Assembly (NCBI GenBank): GCA_031316235.1
Contig: JALDRA010000001.1
Location: 1,320,001-1,352,000 of the forward strand
DNA: 32,000 bases
Direction of reading: 5' to 3'
From: Candidatus Scalindua sp.
GTDB taxonomy: Bacteria; Planctomycetota; Brocadiia; Brocadiales; Scalinduaceae
The notes beneath the pieces were generated by a model, which saw only the letters and a list, made by a program, of their open reading frames with translations, did no database searches and was not told the origin of the DNA. Shown here one piece after another: positions 31,159 through 32,000 of the stretch (the stretch's first letter is position 1; every line of letters starts with the position of its first letter). Position numbers and translations under genes: made by a program.

Positions 31159-31270
31159 TATACTCATCTCATACTGGATTTCGGATAAAATCCGAGATAA
31201 AATTGAGCGAGTATACCTTCACCAGGATTTGGTTTCCGGTAAAACCGAAAACCAAATCGGTTTTAGTATA
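31159..31270 (+). repeat. Family-A element, copy A7 (no middle module)
   Basis: - TATACTCATCTCATACTGGATTTCGGATAAAATCCGAGATAAAATTGAGCGAGTATACCTTCACCAGGATTTGGTTTCCGGTAAAACCGAAAACCAAATCGGTTTTAGTATA.
- It lies 24 nt beyond the glutamine synthetase stop, antisense to it. Confidence 0.85.
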
Positions 31271-31294
31271 CCTGTTTCTTACCCGGCGGAAAAA

Positions 31295-32000
31295 CTACAA
31301 TGAGAACAAGATATCAGCATACGTTGGTACCGGCCACAGCCTCCGGGGGATAATTGCCTCCAGCTTATCAATATCTCCCCGCAAATCATTCATAGTCACC
31401 AATACTTTTTCCCTGTATTCAGTTGCCCGTTTAAAACCATGAGATACATCGTGTGGAATCTGGTATGCGTGCTCTAACTCAGCCTCCAGTTTCTCTGCCT
31501 TCCGATATGCTGATTCCAGAAGGGCCGAAACCTTGGCAAGCAGCTCTTTCTGGACCACCGAGGATCCTTTCACTGCTTCCAGATACTGGATCGTTTCTGC
31601 AAGCTCACTTGTATACTGTATAACTGCGGGGAAATACAGACTTTTCACCATATCAAGAGAAGCCCTGGCTTCGATGTTAATCTGCATAGAGTACAGATCA
31701 ATATAAATTTCATACCGGGCATGCACCTCTCCTTTTGTAAGTATCTTATACTTTTCAAACAAATCTATCGATTTTTTGTCAGTAAAATTCTTAAACGCTT
31801 CTATTGTGGTACGTAAATTCGGTAATCCCCGCCTCTCAGCCTCTCTGGTCCAATCATCTGAATAGTTATTACCATTAAAGATGATTCTCCCATGCTCCTT
31901 CATAATATCCCCGATGATTGCTTTTGTCTCCTGGTGGATATCCTTCGCTTTCTCCAGACGGGTTGCCATCTCATCAAGCGCTTCCGCCACTATAGTATTC
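31295..32000 (-). CDS. glnN: Glutamine synthetase type III, C-terminal portion (gene continues beyond the window end)
   Basis: - The frame is open to the window edge.
- NGNNYSDDWTREAERRGLPNL, YEIYIDLY and the terminal LWPVPTYADILFSL match my memory of GSIII C-termini. Confidence 0.7.
   Translation of the reverse strand, partial: NTIVAEALDEMATRLEKAKDIHQETKAIIGDIMKEHGRIIFNGNNYSDDWTREAERRGLPNLRTTIEAFKNFTDKKSIDLFEKYKILTKGEVHARYEIYIDLYSMQINIEARASLDMVKSLYFPAVIQYTSELAETIQYLEAVKGSSVVQKELLAKVSALLESAYRKAEKLEAELEHAYQIPHDVSHGFKRATEYREKVLVTMNDLRGDIDKLEAIIPRRLWPVPTYADILFSL

Overview
This is a 32-kb chromosomal segment, coded mostly on the minus strand. I cannot name the organism from the sequence alone.

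Recognisable genes:
- A partial histidine-utilisation cluster: long-form urocanate hydratase, imidazolonepropionase and a stand-alone formimino-THF cyclodeaminase.
- Bacterioferritin.
- The C-terminal part of a type III glutamine synthetase.
- An M20 amidohydrolase followed directly by a YbdK-type carboxylate-amine ligase.
- A voltage-gated K+ channel with a C-terminal zinc ribbon.
- A signalling island: a CheB-CheR-PAS fusion, two sigma-54 activators (one PocR-type, one PAS-type), a single-domain receiver and a monohaem cytochrome c.

Proteins I cannot assign:
- A 506-aa secreted protein.
- A roughly 749-aa membrane-anchored TPR protein carrying three copies of an unrecognised ~120-aa domain.
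- An AT-rich 840-aa helical orphan.
- A small HExxH protein and a cupin.
- A basic zinc-ribbon mini-protein.

The main non-genic signals:
1. The PAS/sigma-54 activator gene is bracketed by two inverted, paralogous regulatory modules. Each has three tandem 18-bp dyad repeats plus a conserved TTGGCATNTNTTTTGTTATG box with -24/-12 spacing. The boxes point outward, one towards receiver + cytochrome c and the other towards the zinc-ribbon gene.
2. A modular hairpin-rich MITE/REP-like element (family A) is unusually dense: seven copies plus two remnants. One copy sits inside a decayed VWA (YfbK-like) gene with a clean 8-bp target-site duplication.
3. Three smaller repeat families (B, D, E) are present, along with an 11-bp x 4.5 tandem repeat in a leader and a C10 tract.

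No rRNA, tRNA, CRISPR array or transposase gene was seen. All functional calls rest on motif recognition from memory; no searches were run.
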